DNA of 64,000 bases from an uncultured candidate division Zixibacteria bacterium (GCA_963702205.1 OY969724.1:1536001-1600000); one strand, 5' to 3'. Numbered from the stretch's first letter, positions 36,627 through 46,550 are shown. The notes: generated by a model from the letters alone, not told the origin. A program made the numbers and translations.

Positions 36627-37427
36627 ATGCTAATTCGTGTCGTCGCCGTGCAGGCGGAGCTTGGGCAACAGCTTACGCTCGAAGAAAAACTGCATATATT
36701 CAAAAAAAGGCCGGATTTTGTCTGTCTCCCGGAATATTTCATGGTCGGCAATTATATGCCGGATTTCGCCCGTTCGGCCCTTCAGATTAAGGAAAATCTC
36801 GATTATATACAGCGCCTGTCGATTGAACTGGACACCTGTCTGATCGGCGGGTCGGTCGTGGAATCGGACGGAGATTCTCTCTTTAACAGTTCGTATTTAT
36901 TCAATCGGGGTCGCAGGATCGGGAAATACCGTAAGCTCAATCCGGTGAGCGGAGAAATCGCCAAAGGCATTTTACCGGGGGATAAGATTTTCGTCAGGGA
37001 CGTGGAAGGCATCAGGGTCGGACTGATGATTTGCGCCGATGCGTTAAATCCCGGCCTGTTCGAACTGATGGCCGTGGAGCAGGTCGATATAATATTTATT
37101 CCGACGACCTCACCGTTAAAGCCGGCCGAATCGAAATCGGAAAAGCAGAAACGCGACCGGGATATATACGTCAACGGCGCGTCTCTGGCCAATGCCTTCA
37201 TCGTCAAGACCTGTGCCGTAGGCAGTCTGTTTGCCAAGCCTCTTCAGGGCCGGTCGCTGATAGCTGCCCCGTGGGGTATCGAAAACAGAGTCCAGTTTCA
37301 TGAAGAGCTCGATAAAGCGATTATCTCGACTGTCCTCGACGTGGGCGGGCTGAGGGAATTCCGCCGGAAGAAAATCTTTCAGGATAGCAAAGCACTGGGC
37401 ACACTATACGGCGATTTAACCAATTAA
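36627..37427 (+). CDS. Carbon-nitrogen hydrolase (nitrilase superfamily)
   Basis: E-K-C triad in LPEY, YRKL and ICAD. Confidence 0.9.
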   Translation: MLIRVVAVQAELGQQLTLEEKLHIFKKRPDFVCLPEYFMVGNYMPDFARSALQIKENLDYIQRLSIELDTCLIGGSVVESDGDSLFNSSYLFNRGRRIGKYRKLNPVSGEIAKGILPGDKIFVRDVEGIRVGLMICADALNPGLFELMAVEQVDIIFIPTTSPLKPAESKSEKQKRDRDIYVNGASLANAFIVKTCAVGSLFAKPLQGRSLIAAPWGIENRVQFHEELDKAIISTVLDVGGLREFRRKKIFQDSKALGTLYGDLTN

Positions 37428-37454
37428 AAAAGGCGCCGCGGTTCGGCGCCTTTT
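37426..37454. terminator. Bidirectional intrinsic terminator
   Basis: AAAAAAGGCGCCG-CGGTT-CGGCGCCTTTT between convergent genes. Confidence 0.85.
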
Positions 37455-37473
37455 AAATCTATCTCGCTGCTGA

Positions 37474-39306
37474 TTAGTAATGGTTGCCGCTGCTGTAAAA
37501 TTCATCGACCCAATTTTCGACGTTCGCACTCTTAAACAAGTTGTTATACCACTGGGTGTAGAAATTCTGCTGTTTCTTTTGAAGCACTTGCTGGTACAAT
37601 GAGTCCTGAATTTTATTGTATTCTTCCACGTCCGGTGAAATGCGCTCGACCAGTTTCAATATGGCCACGCCATTGCGATATTCAACCGGTTCGGATATCT
37701 GATCGGGCTTTTCGAGGGCGAAAGCCGCCGCCAGCACGGCCGGATCTTTGCCGATATTGGGGATCACCGACAAGCGCGTAATTTTGTCCTTTACGGCATA
37801 GGGGAAACCGTATTTCCGGCTGGCCGAAGACATGGCGTCACCGCCGACGAGGTCTTTTCTTATCACCGTCGCGGTATCCATAGCCACTTTTTGCACCCAT
37901 TCGGTCTGGACGCCGCGTTTGACGCTGGCAACTACTTCGGAATAAGGCCGATATCCGGCGTCAAGGTGTTCGGCGACTTTGTATACGTAATACCCGTTAT
38001 CCGATTCGACGGGATCGGAAATGAAGTCCACTTTGGCCTGCATGATACTCTGGCTCAGTTTTTCATCCTTCATGTTCAGTATGGGCAGATAGTCATCCTC
38101 GGTAAAGGCCCGCGTAGTATCGATCTTATAATTCAGACTGTCGGCCGTTTTTTGGAACCCATCGATTTTAGCCGCCGCGGAAAAGTCATCGGCCTCCTGC
38201 CTTATCGTGGCGATAGTTTCCGGCGACGGTTCGACTTTCAGGAGTATATGAGCGGCGTGTCTCTCTTCTACCATTTTATTGGTCGACGGGTTTTTCTTGG
38301 ATCGAATATCCATTAACTTGATAATGTGATAGCCGAACATGGTCTTGACCGGATGACTGATTTCACCAACCTTCATTGCGAAGACGGCGCTGTCGAACGG
38401 GGGAACCATGCGTCCTCGTTCGAACCAGCCCAGATCGCCATCGTTTTGGGCAGAATTGTCCTCGGATAAGCTCCGGGCGTATTCTCCAAAATCGGCACCG
38501 GCCATAAGAGAATCATAAATATCGTTCATCTGGTACAATATCCGGTTCCAGTCGTTTTGGGACGGTTCGATCTTGAAAGTGACGACGTCGAGCACGCTGC
38601 GCTTCTTGACGGCATAATCCTCGAGATGGGAATCATAAAACGCCTTAGCTTCTTCCTCGGTCGGTTCCGGCGCCTTGGTGAGAAGGTCTTTGTCGGGAAC
38701 GTACAAGTAGCCCAGTTTTAATTCTTCCTTAGAATCCAGAAACGCCTGCATAACTTCGGCCGGCGTCACGCGCACGGCACTGACAATATCCTGCTGGAGC
38801 TTGAACCGCTTAATATTAGGGGTGACATACTTTTCCAGCGAAGCCCAGAACGGGGCGGCGTTGGGATCGCCCATGGCCTGGGTATATTTCTGATAATCGA
38901 ATTTGCCGTTGGTCTGAAATTGGGGCGCCTGCTGGATTTCCTGAGGCGGGTACATTCTCAAATAATTGAACAATTCTTCATCGTTTACAGCTATCTTGCG
39001 CTTTGCGATTTGCTGATTGAGCAGATAATCGACGACCAGTTGCTGCCAGGCTTTATTGCGAATTTCACGGACCTTGCTTACCGAAAGGTCCTGGTCGGAT
39101 TTGTCCTGTTCCTGACGCAGCATGGAGTTATAGTAGTTATCGAAAATCTGCCAGGAAATTTGTTCGCCGTTAATTGCACCGACGTTGTTTTTCACGTTCT
39201 TGGATCTGGTTATGTCGGCGCCCCATTGCAGGATAATCATACCGGTAAAGAACACCAGGACAATAACGATAATGGGCACAATAAGCCGTCTTAGTAGTTG
39301 AAACAT
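37474..39306 (-). CDS. PpiD/SurA-type periplasmic chaperone with parvulin PPIase domain
   Basis: N-terminal TM anchor, SurA_N-like region, parvulin motifs GDLGWF..G.MVPPF..AVF and FGYHIIK. Confidence 0.9.
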   Translation of the reverse strand: MFQLLRRLIVPIIVIVLVFFTGMIILQWGADITRSKNVKNNVGAINGEQISWQIFDNYYNSMLRQEQDKSDQDLSVSKVREIRNKAWQQLVVDYLLNQQIAKRKIAVNDEELFNYLRMYPPQEIQQAPQFQTNGKFDYQKYTQAMGDPNAAPFWASLEKYVTPNIKRFKLQQDIVSAVRVTPAEVMQAFLDSKEELKLGYLYVPDKDLLTKAPEPTEEEAKAFYDSHLEDYAVKKRSVLDVVTFKIEPSQNDWNRILYQMNDIYDSLMAGADFGEYARSLSEDNSAQNDGDLGWFERGRMVPPFDSAVFAMKVGEISHPVKTMFGYHIIKLMDIRSKKNPSTNKMVEERHAAHILLKVEPSPETIATIRQEADDFSAAAKIDGFQKTADSLNYKIDTTRAFTEDDYLPILNMKDEKLSQSIMQAKVDFISDPVESDNGYYVYKVAEHLDAGYRPYSEVVASVKRGVQTEWVQKVAMDTATVIRKDLVGGDAMSSASRKYGFPYAVKDKITRLSVIPNIGKDPAVLAAAFALEKPDQISEPVEYRNGVAILKLVERISPDVEEYNKIQDSLYQQVLQKKQQNFYTQWYNNLFKSANVENWVDEFYSSGNHY

Positions 39307-39471
39307 CAGGTCTTCTCCTCAAAAGTCATTGCTCAAATTTAACCCGACAATATAAGCGATTTATGCAAATGCGCAAGTCGGATATTGGCCTGATTCTTCA
39401 TAAAACTTTTTGACTTTGAACCGGCCGACCGATAACTTGTTTAATCGGTTATGATGATAGTATCGGATTAT

Positions 39472-41718
39472 ATGAAAAAGGCATTAATCATTGTAATAAT
39501 ATGCGCCGCAACGGCTCTTGCCGGGGAGACGCAGTGGCCGGTTAAAGGCAATATAGACCTGTCCTCCGGCTTTTGTGAGTTTCGGCCGGCGCACTTCCAC
39601 GGTGGCATTGATATCAGAACCGGCGGCCGGGAAGGATGGGAAATTTATGCCCCGTCCGACGGTTTCGTATGGCGCATTAAGTATTCATACACGGGTTACG
39701 GCAAGGGCCTTTATCTTAAAGGCCATGACGGACGCATTTATGTTTTCGGTCATCTGTCGCGGCTCTCCGACCGTCTGGAGAAAATCGTCAAAGCGGAACA
39801 ATACGGCCAGCGGCGCTACTCGTTCGATTTGTTCTTCGGTCCCGATTCACTGCCCGTTACCGAGGGTGAGCTGGTAGCTTATTCCGGTCAGTCCGGCAAC
39901 GGCGCTCCCCATATACATTTTGAAGTCCGTAACAAAGACAATCATCCTCTGAATCCTTTGAGAGAAGGATTCGGGGTGGTCGACGACACCCCTCCCGAAA
40001 TCACCCAGATTGCCCTTGCTTATACCGATGACAATTCTCTTTTTGATACCGGTGAGAGACGGCGCTATTATGAAACGCACTTCGATCGTTCCGACAATGT
40101 GTACTATCTCGATTCGGTTCCTTTCATTCAGGGGCCGATAGCGGTGGACGTGCGCGCGTACGATCGTATCCGGGAGAACGGCCCGATGTTGAGCCTTTAC
40201 GATATCAAGTTGTACATTGACGATTACCTGTACTTTGATAACGTATTCGATTCGTACGATTACGAACAAACGAGGATGGTCGACTTGATTTTTGATTATG
40301 CCGCACAGATGCAGGATCAATCTCACTGGCGGCGGCTTTATAATCCGCCTGGCATGATTTATCCGGGAAGCCGTTCCTCGTACGATAAAGGCGGCATATT
40401 TTCGGGCAAGACGACCTATAGTTATGGCCTTCATAACGCCCGGATTGAGGCGTCCGATGCCGCCGGAAATAAATCGGAACTGCACTTTAAATTTATCCTG
40501 GCTCCGTCGGGTAAATTATTCGACGTTGGCTGGGGCGGTGATTCACTTTTATATGTCCAGGCGTTTCCCGATATGCGCTATATCGACCTGGATCATATCG
40601 CCGCTTTCGGGATCGGAAATTCCGGTGAATGGCGGGTTGTCGATAAGAGCAATATCGATAAAGTCAGCGACCTGGCCTGGCGGGTTCATTTACCCCATGC
40701 CCGTCAAAGCATCAAGATGCTGAAAATTACGGCCTTCGGGTCATCGGGCTGGGTCAAAGACGCCGTGTATTTGCCGCTGTCGCCGGATAACCAACCGAAT
40801 TTCCATATAAGCTATAATCTCGACGGCGAAGGTGTGGTGGTCGACGTCTCCTCGCGACGGCGGTTTTGCCCAATCCCGGTTATAACGGCTATTTTCAGTG
40901 ACGGGTACAAAGACAGCCTGCCGGTGACAGTTGTCACGCCCAGCAAGTTTGCCGCTTTTGTTCGGCCGGGCGATATTAAAACCGACCTGGTGCGTTTTGA
41001 TATTTATGCGGAAGACAGGACCATTCCGGTGGCGGAGCAAGACGTGCGAATTAATTCGGCGGGGCATTATCCGGGGAAGAAGCTTGCCAGCGAAGACAGC
41101 ATCGCAACGGTGGAGATACAAAGTGCTGATTTGTATGCGCCGGTTTTTCTCGAGATCGGCAAAGATCCCAAATGGCACCAGCATCGCAAGCAGATGATGA
41201 CCCCGGCTTATACGATCGGCCCCACGACGGTGCCTCTGGCCCAGGATATAGAGGTCGCTTTCACGGGCGATTTTGTCCCCGACGACAGGCAGTTGTTGAT
41301 CTGCCGCTTGAACGACAAAGAAGAATGGAACCCGCTTGAAACGATTTATGATTCCGGGCGCTTGGCGTGTTCGTCGGGTTTGTTGGGGACGTTCGCCGTA
41401 TTGAGAGATGACGATCCGCCCCATTTAAAGAACATTGTCCCGCGCAATAAATCGGTCACAAGTCATAAAATGCCGAACATACACTGTACGTTAAGCGACG
41501 ATATTTCGGGAATAGAATCCGACGATCAGGTACTGATCGAACTCGACGGTGAGTGGCTGATCCCCGAATATGACCCGGAAACTGAAATTCTCAAGACGAC
41601 CCCACGGCGAAGATTGAGTGATGGAACTCATGAACTGAAAATCACCGCCACCGACAAGGCCGGGAATTCCCGAACGGTCTTCTCGGAATTCACCGTACAA
41701 AGCGACAGCGGGAAATAG
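39472..41718 (+). CDS. Exported M23 metallopeptidase with C-terminal Ig-like domains
   Basis: Signal peptide MKKALIIVII; HxxxD motif (FHGGID) and HxH motif (PHIHFE); C-terminal 'ITATDKAGN'. Confidence 0.85.
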   Translation: MKKALIIVIICAATALAGETQWPVKGNIDLSSGFCEFRPAHFHGGIDIRTGGREGWEIYAPSDGFVWRIKYSYTGYGKGLYLKGHDGRIYVFGHLSRLSDRLEKIVKAEQYGQRRYSFDLFFGPDSLPVTEGELVAYSGQSGNGAPHIHFEVRNKDNHPLNPLREGFGVVDDTPPEITQIALAYTDDNSLFDTGERRRYYETHFDRSDNVYYLDSVPFIQGPIAVDVRAYDRIRENGPMLSLYDIKLYIDDYLYFDNVFDSYDYEQTRMVDLIFDYAAQMQDQSHWRRLYNPPGMIYPGSRSSYDKGGIFSGKTTYSYGLHNARIEASDAAGNKSELHFKFILAPSGKLFDVGWGGDSLLYVQAFPDMRYIDLDHIAAFGIGNSGEWRVVDKSNIDKVSDLAWRVHLPHARQSIKMLKITAFGSSGWVKDAVYLPLSPDNQPNFHISYNLDGEGVVVDVSSRRRFCPIPVITAIFSDGYKDSLPVTVVTPSKFAAFVRPGDIKTDLVRFDIYAEDRTIPVAEQDVRINSAGHYPGKKLASEDSIATVEIQSADLYAPVFLEIGKDPKWHQHRKQMMTPAYTIGPTTVPLAQDIEVAFTGDFVPDDRQLLICRLNDKEEWNPLETIYDSGRLACSSGLLGTFAVLRDDDPPHLKNIVPRNKSVTSHKMPNIHCTLSDDISGIESDDQVLIELDGEWLIPEYDPETEILKTTPRRRLSDGTHELKITATDKAGNSRTVFSEFTVQSDSGK

Positions 41719-41722
41719 GTCT

Positions 41723-42415
41723 ATGTTTCTTCCTCTTAAAGACGAGCATCCCGGACCCAATAAACCCTACGCCACGTTCATCATAATTATACTGAATTGC
41801 ATCGTCTATTTTCTGTCGATGAACCGCACCCCGCAGGAATTCAATATTTTCATATACAAGTACGGCCTGATACCCTATGAAATAGTGCACATGACCGAAC
41901 TTACCCCGCAGTTTTCCTGGCCGATTTTGCTGTCACCGTTTTCGAGTATGTTCACGCACGCCGGTTTCATGCACCTTGCCGGAAATATGCTCTATTTGTG
42001 GATTTTCGGAAACAACGTGGAGAATCACCTCGGGCCGGTAAAGTTCATCATATTTTATCTCGTCTCGGGACTGGCGGCGGCGTTCATGTTTGTCATTTTC
42101 AGTCCCAATTCTCAGATTCCTCTGGTGGGAGCGTCGGGAGCGATTGCGGGCGTTATGGGGGCCTATATGTTCCTTTATCCGCACGCCCGAATTCTCACCC
42201 TGCTGTTCCTGTTTTATTTTATCCGCATCATGCGTATTTCAGCCTGGATAATCCTCGGGTTCTGGTTTGTCTATCAAATATTCATGTCCGCGGCCGGAGG
42301 CGGCGGAGGCGTCGCCTGGCTGGCGCACGTCGGCGGGTTTGGTTTCGGATATTTATGGTTCAGGCTGATCGGATCGCGGGGGAGCTCTCCTCCCAAACGC
42401 ATTTATCTCGACTGA
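41723..42415 (+). CDS. Rhomboid family intramembrane serine protease
   Basis: Motifs HLAGNM, GASG and AHVGG. Confidence 0.93.
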   Translation: MFLPLKDEHPGPNKPYATFIIIILNCIVYFLSMNRTPQEFNIFIYKYGLIPYEIVHMTELTPQFSWPILLSPFSSMFTHAGFMHLAGNMLYLWIFGNNVENHLGPVKFIIFYLVSGLAAAFMFVIFSPNSQIPLVGASGAIAGVMGAYMFLYPHARILTLLFLFYFIRIMRISAWIILGFWFVYQIFMSAAGGGGGVAWLAHVGGFGFGYLWFRLIGSRGSSPPKRIYLD

Positions 42416-42442
42416 TTTCCATTCAATTTATTCTGAAAATTA

Positions 42443-42670
42443 ATGGCGACGGGAGCGGTGGATCGGCGACTGTTCCCCCTCGAAATATATGTCCCAAATC
42501 CACCGACCCGGATCGAAGCAGAGCACGAGAGCTCCGAACACGGGGCGTCCCCCGTCGCACCCCGTTGCCCTGAGCCGTCAATGTTTTTTCGGCTGCAGGA
42601 GGCCATAGATCTCTCCCAGGCTTTCAGGGTGACTATTTGCCCGAACCCTTCCTGTTTATACCGGGCAGAA
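42443..42670. ncRNA. Candidate structured non-coding RNA, family unknown
   Basis: GC-rich island between AT-rich flanks with at least six mutually compatible helices (see finding). Confidence 0.45.
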
Positions 42671-42928
42671 TGATATCGATGGCGAATAATAAAAATCGAA
42701 TATCTCAAACCCGATATGTACAGGAAATATTCAGATTAATACGGCCACTTTGACAATAATAAAGATATTATCGGGCCCGCGATACGTCAAGCAATAAATC
42801 GAGGCAATTGTCGATTTCTCCGTCTCCAAACTTTTTTGTTGCTTTTTAACGTATGCGGGATTAATGTATCGCAAAAATTGACGACATCTAAAGTACGGTG
42901 TAACCCTATTACGTCGTTAGGATTATAA

Positions 42929-43957
42929 GTGGGCCTTTTTGATTTTATTTCAAGCGACATCGGTATTGACCTGGGAACGGCTAATACTCTGGTGTTTGTA
43001 CGGGGACAGGGAATAGTCCTTAATGAACCGTCGGTGGTGGCGGTCGAAAAAGCCACCGGCAAAATTCTGGCCGTCGGCTCGGCGGCCAAAGAAATGCTGG
43101 GGCGTACACCCGGCGAAATCGCGGCCATCCGACCGCTGAAAGACGGCGTTATCGCCGATTTCGAAATCTCCGAAAAACTCCTGTCGGACTTTATCCGGCG
43201 TGTTATTCGGCATAAATACCTGATGAAACCGCGCATCGTAATCTCGGTGCCGTCCGGTATTACCGAGGTCGAAAAAAGAGCGGTGCGAGATTCTGCCGAA
43301 AACGCCGGAGCCCGCGAAGTGTTCCTTTTGCAGGAGCCGATGGCGGCGGCGATCGGGGTCGGGCTGGCGGTCGATCAGCCGACCGGTATCATGATTATTG
43401 ATATCGGTGGCGGGACATCCGAAATCGCGGTTATCGCCCTGAATGGCATTGTTAATAATATCTCGGTGCGCATCGCCGGTGACGAACTCAACGAAGCCGT
43501 CATCATGTACCTCAAGAAAAATTATAACCTGCTTATCGGGGAGCTGACGGCCGAGGATATAAAGATCAAAATAGGATCGGCATTTCCTCTGGAAAAAGAG
43601 ATTTCCATGGAAATCAAGGGCCGCGACCTCGTCGCCGGGGTACCGAAGAATTTAAAACTTTCGTCGGTGCAGGTTAGGGAAGCGTTGGTGGAACCGATCG
43701 ACAGAATTGTGGAAGCGGTCCGCCAGTCTCTGGAAAAGACACCGCCGGAACTGGCTTCGGATATTCTCGAACGGGGCATCATTCTTACCGGCGGCGGCGC
43801 TCTGCTGCGCGGGCTGGACAAGCGGCTGCGGCAGGAAACCAATCTTCCGGTCAATATCGCCGAAGACCCGCTGACATGCGTGGTGCGGGGAACGGGCAAA
43901 GTGCTGGAAAACATGCAGCAATACTCAAAAGTCCTCATGAAAAGCCGCCCCGATTAA
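42929..43957 (+). CDS. mreB: Rod shape-determining actin homolog
   Basis: Motifs [32 protein letters not shown] and LTGGGALL. Confidence 0.97.
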   Translation: MGLFDFISSDIGIDLGTANTLVFVRGQGIVLNEPSVVAVEKATGKILAVGSAAKEMLGRTPGEIAAIRPLKDGVIADFEISEKLLSDFIRRVIRHKYLMKPRIVISVPSGITEVEKRAVRDSAENAGAREVFLLQEPMAAAIGVGLAVDQPTGIMIIDIGGGTSEIAVIALNGIVNNISVRIAGDELNEAVIMYLKKNYNLLIGELTAEDIKIKIGSAFPLEKEISMEIKGRDLVAGVPKNLKLSSVQVREALVEPIDRIVEAVRQSLEKTPPELASDILERGIILTGGGALLRGLDKRLRQETNLPVNIAEDPLTCVVRGTGKVLENMQQYSKVLMKSRPD

Positions 43958-43990
43958 GCTGTGCAAAAATGGTACAGCGCCGAATATCAC

Positions 43991-44021
43991 GGACAAACTT
44001 GAAATAGTTTGTCCTTTTTTT
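43991..44021 (+). terminator. Intrinsic terminator after mreB
   Basis: GGACAAACT-TGAAAT-AGTTTGTCC followed by T7. Confidence 0.8.
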
Positions 44022-44067
44022 ATTAGTCTTTTGGATTTATCGTTTGTCCAAAAGGTAAAGACACAAA

Positions 44068-44613
44068 TTGATACAATTAGAGGAACAAGAACTGGTAAGG
44101 CAGGCTAAGGCGGGAGATCGCCGAGCCTTCGACAAACTGGTTGCGGAGAATAAAGATAAGATGTTTGCCCTGATTTACAGAATGACCGAGAACCGCAAGA
44201 CGGCCCTGGACCTGCTCCAGGATTCTTTTTTGGCGGCCTACAAGTCGCTCAAGAAGTTCCGGGGTGATTCAGGGTTTTCGAGCTGGTTGTATCGGATTGC
44301 ATCAAATAAAACGTTGAACTATATACGTCGCTCCAAAATCATTCCTTTTTATAATATAGAAGCTAATCCGGGCAACGAACCGGCCTATGAAATGGTCGAT
44401 TCCGTGGAAAACGAAGCGCTCCAGAAATCCATGGTCGCCGCCCTGAAAAAACTTCCCCCGCAGCAGAAGCTGGTTTTTAACCTGCGCTTCTATGAAGAAC
44501 TGCCGTTTGCGGAGATAGCCGCGATTCTGGAGAGAAGTGAATCGACCGTCAAGACGCACTATCAAAAGGCGATCGAAAAGCTTCGGGAAGACCTGAAAGA
44601 ATTCAGAGATTAA
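44068..44613 (+). CDS. ECF RNA polymerase sigma factor
   Basis: GD..AFD.LV, DLLQD.F, F..WLYRIA.N, and region 4 LP...VF.LR..E.L.F.EIA. Confidence 0.93.
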   Translation: MIQLEEQELVRQAKAGDRRAFDKLVAENKDKMFALIYRMTENRKTALDLLQDSFLAAYKSLKKFRGDSGFSSWLYRIASNKTLNYIRRSKIIPFYNIEANPGNEPAYEMVDSVENEALQKSMVAALKKLPPQQKLVFNLRFYEELPFAEIAAILERSESTVKTHYQKAIEKLREDLKEFRD

Positions 44614-44616
44614 GAC

Positions 44617-45087
44617 ATGGCTGATAATTCGCAAAATAATAATTCGAAAGCCTTGGGCAAGCTTGAGGCCGATCTCAAAAAGCTCAAGGTTCCGCCTTTA
44701 TCTCAAAACGAGACGGCGCAGTTTTATGCGCGTCTCGATACGGCCCTGGATATCGCGGATCATCGGTCCGGGCAGTTCGGGAAAAGCCTTTTGCGGTGGG
44801 GCGCGGCAGTGTCCGCGATGGTTGTCATAGTCGGAATGTCTTTCGTTACCGGTCTTAAATACGGACAGAACGGGGTTCTTCCCGACAGCACCATTACTTA
44901 CAACTATCTGGCTACCGGCCAGCAGTCCACCGATAGCGAAGAGCTCGATGATCCGTATGTCGAAATGTTGATTTCCTCGCAGGTACAGTCGAACGGGTAT
45001 GATATTTCCGACGACCTTCTGGGGAATCTGTCCAAAGACGAATTGCAAATGCTCAATAAGGAAATAGACGTGGGAGATTTGCTATGA
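44617..45087 (+). CDS. Putative single-pass anti-sigma factor
   Basis: Directly follows the ECF sigma; one TM segment (WGAAVSAMVVIVGMSF). Confidence 0.65.
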   Translation: MADNSQNNNSKALGKLEADLKKLKVPPLSQNETAQFYARLDTALDIADHRSGQFGKSLLRWGAAVSAMVVIVGMSFVTGLKYGQNGVLPDSTITYNYLATGQQSTDSEELDDPYVEMLISSQVQSNGYDISDDLLGNLSKDELQMLNKEIDVGDLL

Positions 45088-45674
45088 GGTTGAAAAATAG
45101 TATGATGATAAGCTTGATGGTGCTCTTGTTGGCTGTGCCGGTGTCGTATGCCGGACAAATCGACGAGCCGCCTTCACCTGACAGTGGTCAGGCTCCACCC
45201 ATGATGAACAAGGGCATGGGACCAGGGCCGCACGGAATGGGCTTCAACCGGGGCTCCGACGAAGACCGGGCACAAACGCTGGAGAACCTCCGTCTCCTGA
45301 AGCTGCTTGAATTATTGGACCTTGATGACGATCAAAGTTCACAGTTCATACTTATTTTCAGCAACTTCCGCAAGGACTCACGACAGTTGCACGACGATAT
45401 CAGCGCAAAAGTGGATGAACTGGCTGAACTGCTTAAGTCGGATCAGCCGTCTGATTCAGAGATTAAAACCCTGGTCAAACAGATCGATGAGATGCGTTTG
45501 GGCCATGTGAAAATCGCCGAAAAATTCCATCAAAAGGCTGCCGAGATTCTGACTCCGGCCCAGATGGGCAAAATGGTGGTTTTCGAAAACAGGTTCGAAA
45601 AGGAGCTTATCGATACCGTCCGGGGTTTTCGGGGCGGCATGAACAGACGCCCCTTCGGGCAAGGCGAAAATTAA
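45084..45674 (+). CDS. Spy/CpxP-like (LTXXQ) periplasmic protein
   Basis: Signal peptide, Met/Gly-rich linker, LDLDDDQ and ILTPAQ motifs. Confidence 0.75.
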   Translation: MRLKNSMMISLMVLLLAVPVSYAGQIDEPPSPDSGQAPPMMNKGMGPGPHGMGFNRGSDEDRAQTLENLRLLKLLELLDLDDDQSSQFILIFSNFRKDSRQLHDDISAKVDELAELLKSDQPSDSEIKTLVKQIDEMRLGHVKIAEKFHQKAAEILTPAQMGKMVVFENRFEKELIDTVRGFRGGMNRRPFGQGEN

Positions 45675-45694
45675 ATTGTTGAAAGGAGACTAAA

Positions 45695-46270
45695 ATGAAA
45701 AGGGCAATAGTACTTACCGTAGCAGGACTGATGCTGCTGGCTTTGAGCGCGGCGGCGCAGGGCATGGGGCCGATGATGGGTTCGGGACACGATGGATGCC
45801 GCTTCAACCAGGACGGCGGCCGGATGATGATGGGGCGCGGTCACGGTGGAGAAGGCGGACAACAGTTGGGACGCATTCTGCAAATGGCCGATGAGCTGAA
45901 TCTGACTCAGGACCAGAAGGACTCCATCATGAAAATGCAGAAAACCTTCGGCGTTGAGAGAATAGATACTAAAGCCAATCTGGAAAAGGCTCAGCTGGAA
46001 CTCAGAAACCTGAGAATGTCGCAGGCGTCCGATGCCGACATTCTGGCCGCCATCGATAAGGTCGGCCAATATCGGACCGATATGCAGAAGATGATGTTCC
46101 GCCACCGTCAGGCCACGAAAAATGTTCTGACCGATGAGCAGCAGGCCAAGCTCAAGGATATGAGACAGCAGCGGTTCAATGAGGACCACCAGATGATGCC
46201 CGGCATGGGTCAGGGCAGACAGGGTGGCCGCGGTCAGGGTCAGGGCATGAATCGTCCCGGCAAAATTTAA
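45695..46270 (+). CDS. Spy/CpxP family periplasmic chaperone
   Basis: Signal peptide, LNLTQDQ and VLTDEQQ motifs, Gly/Met-rich tails. Confidence 0.85.
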   Translation: MKRAIVLTVAGLMLLALSAAAQGMGPMMGSGHDGCRFNQDGGRMMMGRGHGGEGGQQLGRILQMADELNLTQDQKDSIMKMQKTFGVERIDTKANLEKAQLELRNLRMSQASDADILAAIDKVGQYRTDMQKMMFRHRQATKNVLTDEQQAKLKDMRQQRFNEDHQMMPGMGQGRQGGRGQGQGMNRPGKI

Positions 46271-46295
46271 CCACCTTTGCGCGATATGCGACACC

Positions 46296-46330
46296 TGAGG
46301 GCGGGTCGGATGATCCGCCCTTATCATTTT
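46296..46330 (+). terminator. Probable terminator after the Spy genes
   Basis: TGAGGGCGGGTC-GGAT-GATCCGCCCTTA then TCATTTT. Confidence 0.6.
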
Positions 46331-46345
46331 AACCGAAATAAAAAT

Positions 46346-46453
46346 GTTCCGTCGGGTGTTGATTTCGACAAAGTCGAAATTGTCACCCGACGGATTCCAT
46401 GCAAAGATCGCAGGGTCACACCCCGACTGCGTCGGGTCAAGACCCTGCGGAAC
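46346..46453. repeat. REP-like inverted hairpin doublet with GTTC feet
   Basis: GTTCCGTCGGGTG..CACCCGACGGA (46346-46394) and CGCAGGGTC..GACCCTGCGGAAC (46409-46453). Confidence 0.6.
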
Positions 46454-46550
46454 AAACACATTCTAAAAAGCCTCCCAGAAAACAATGCCATAATGGCAGA
46501 ATTATGACAAAATAGCTTGACTTCTGTTGCTAATTGTCGAAATTACTGCC

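Noticed and set aside
42443..42560. 5S rRNA-like words (TGGCG..AGCGGTGG..CCACC..CCGAACACGG), tmRNA-like ends, RNase P-like AGGAAGGGTTCGGGC and HDV-like GGGCAAC in the structured element
   Set aside because: Spacing and partner motifs do not fit any of these families: no T-arm, no RNase P P4 3' strand, no canonical 7-bp P1. It is kept as unclassified.
42443..42708. Short ORFs 42443-42673 (+) and 42403-42708 (-)
   Set aside because: No recognisable domain or SD; better explained by GC-rich structured sequence.
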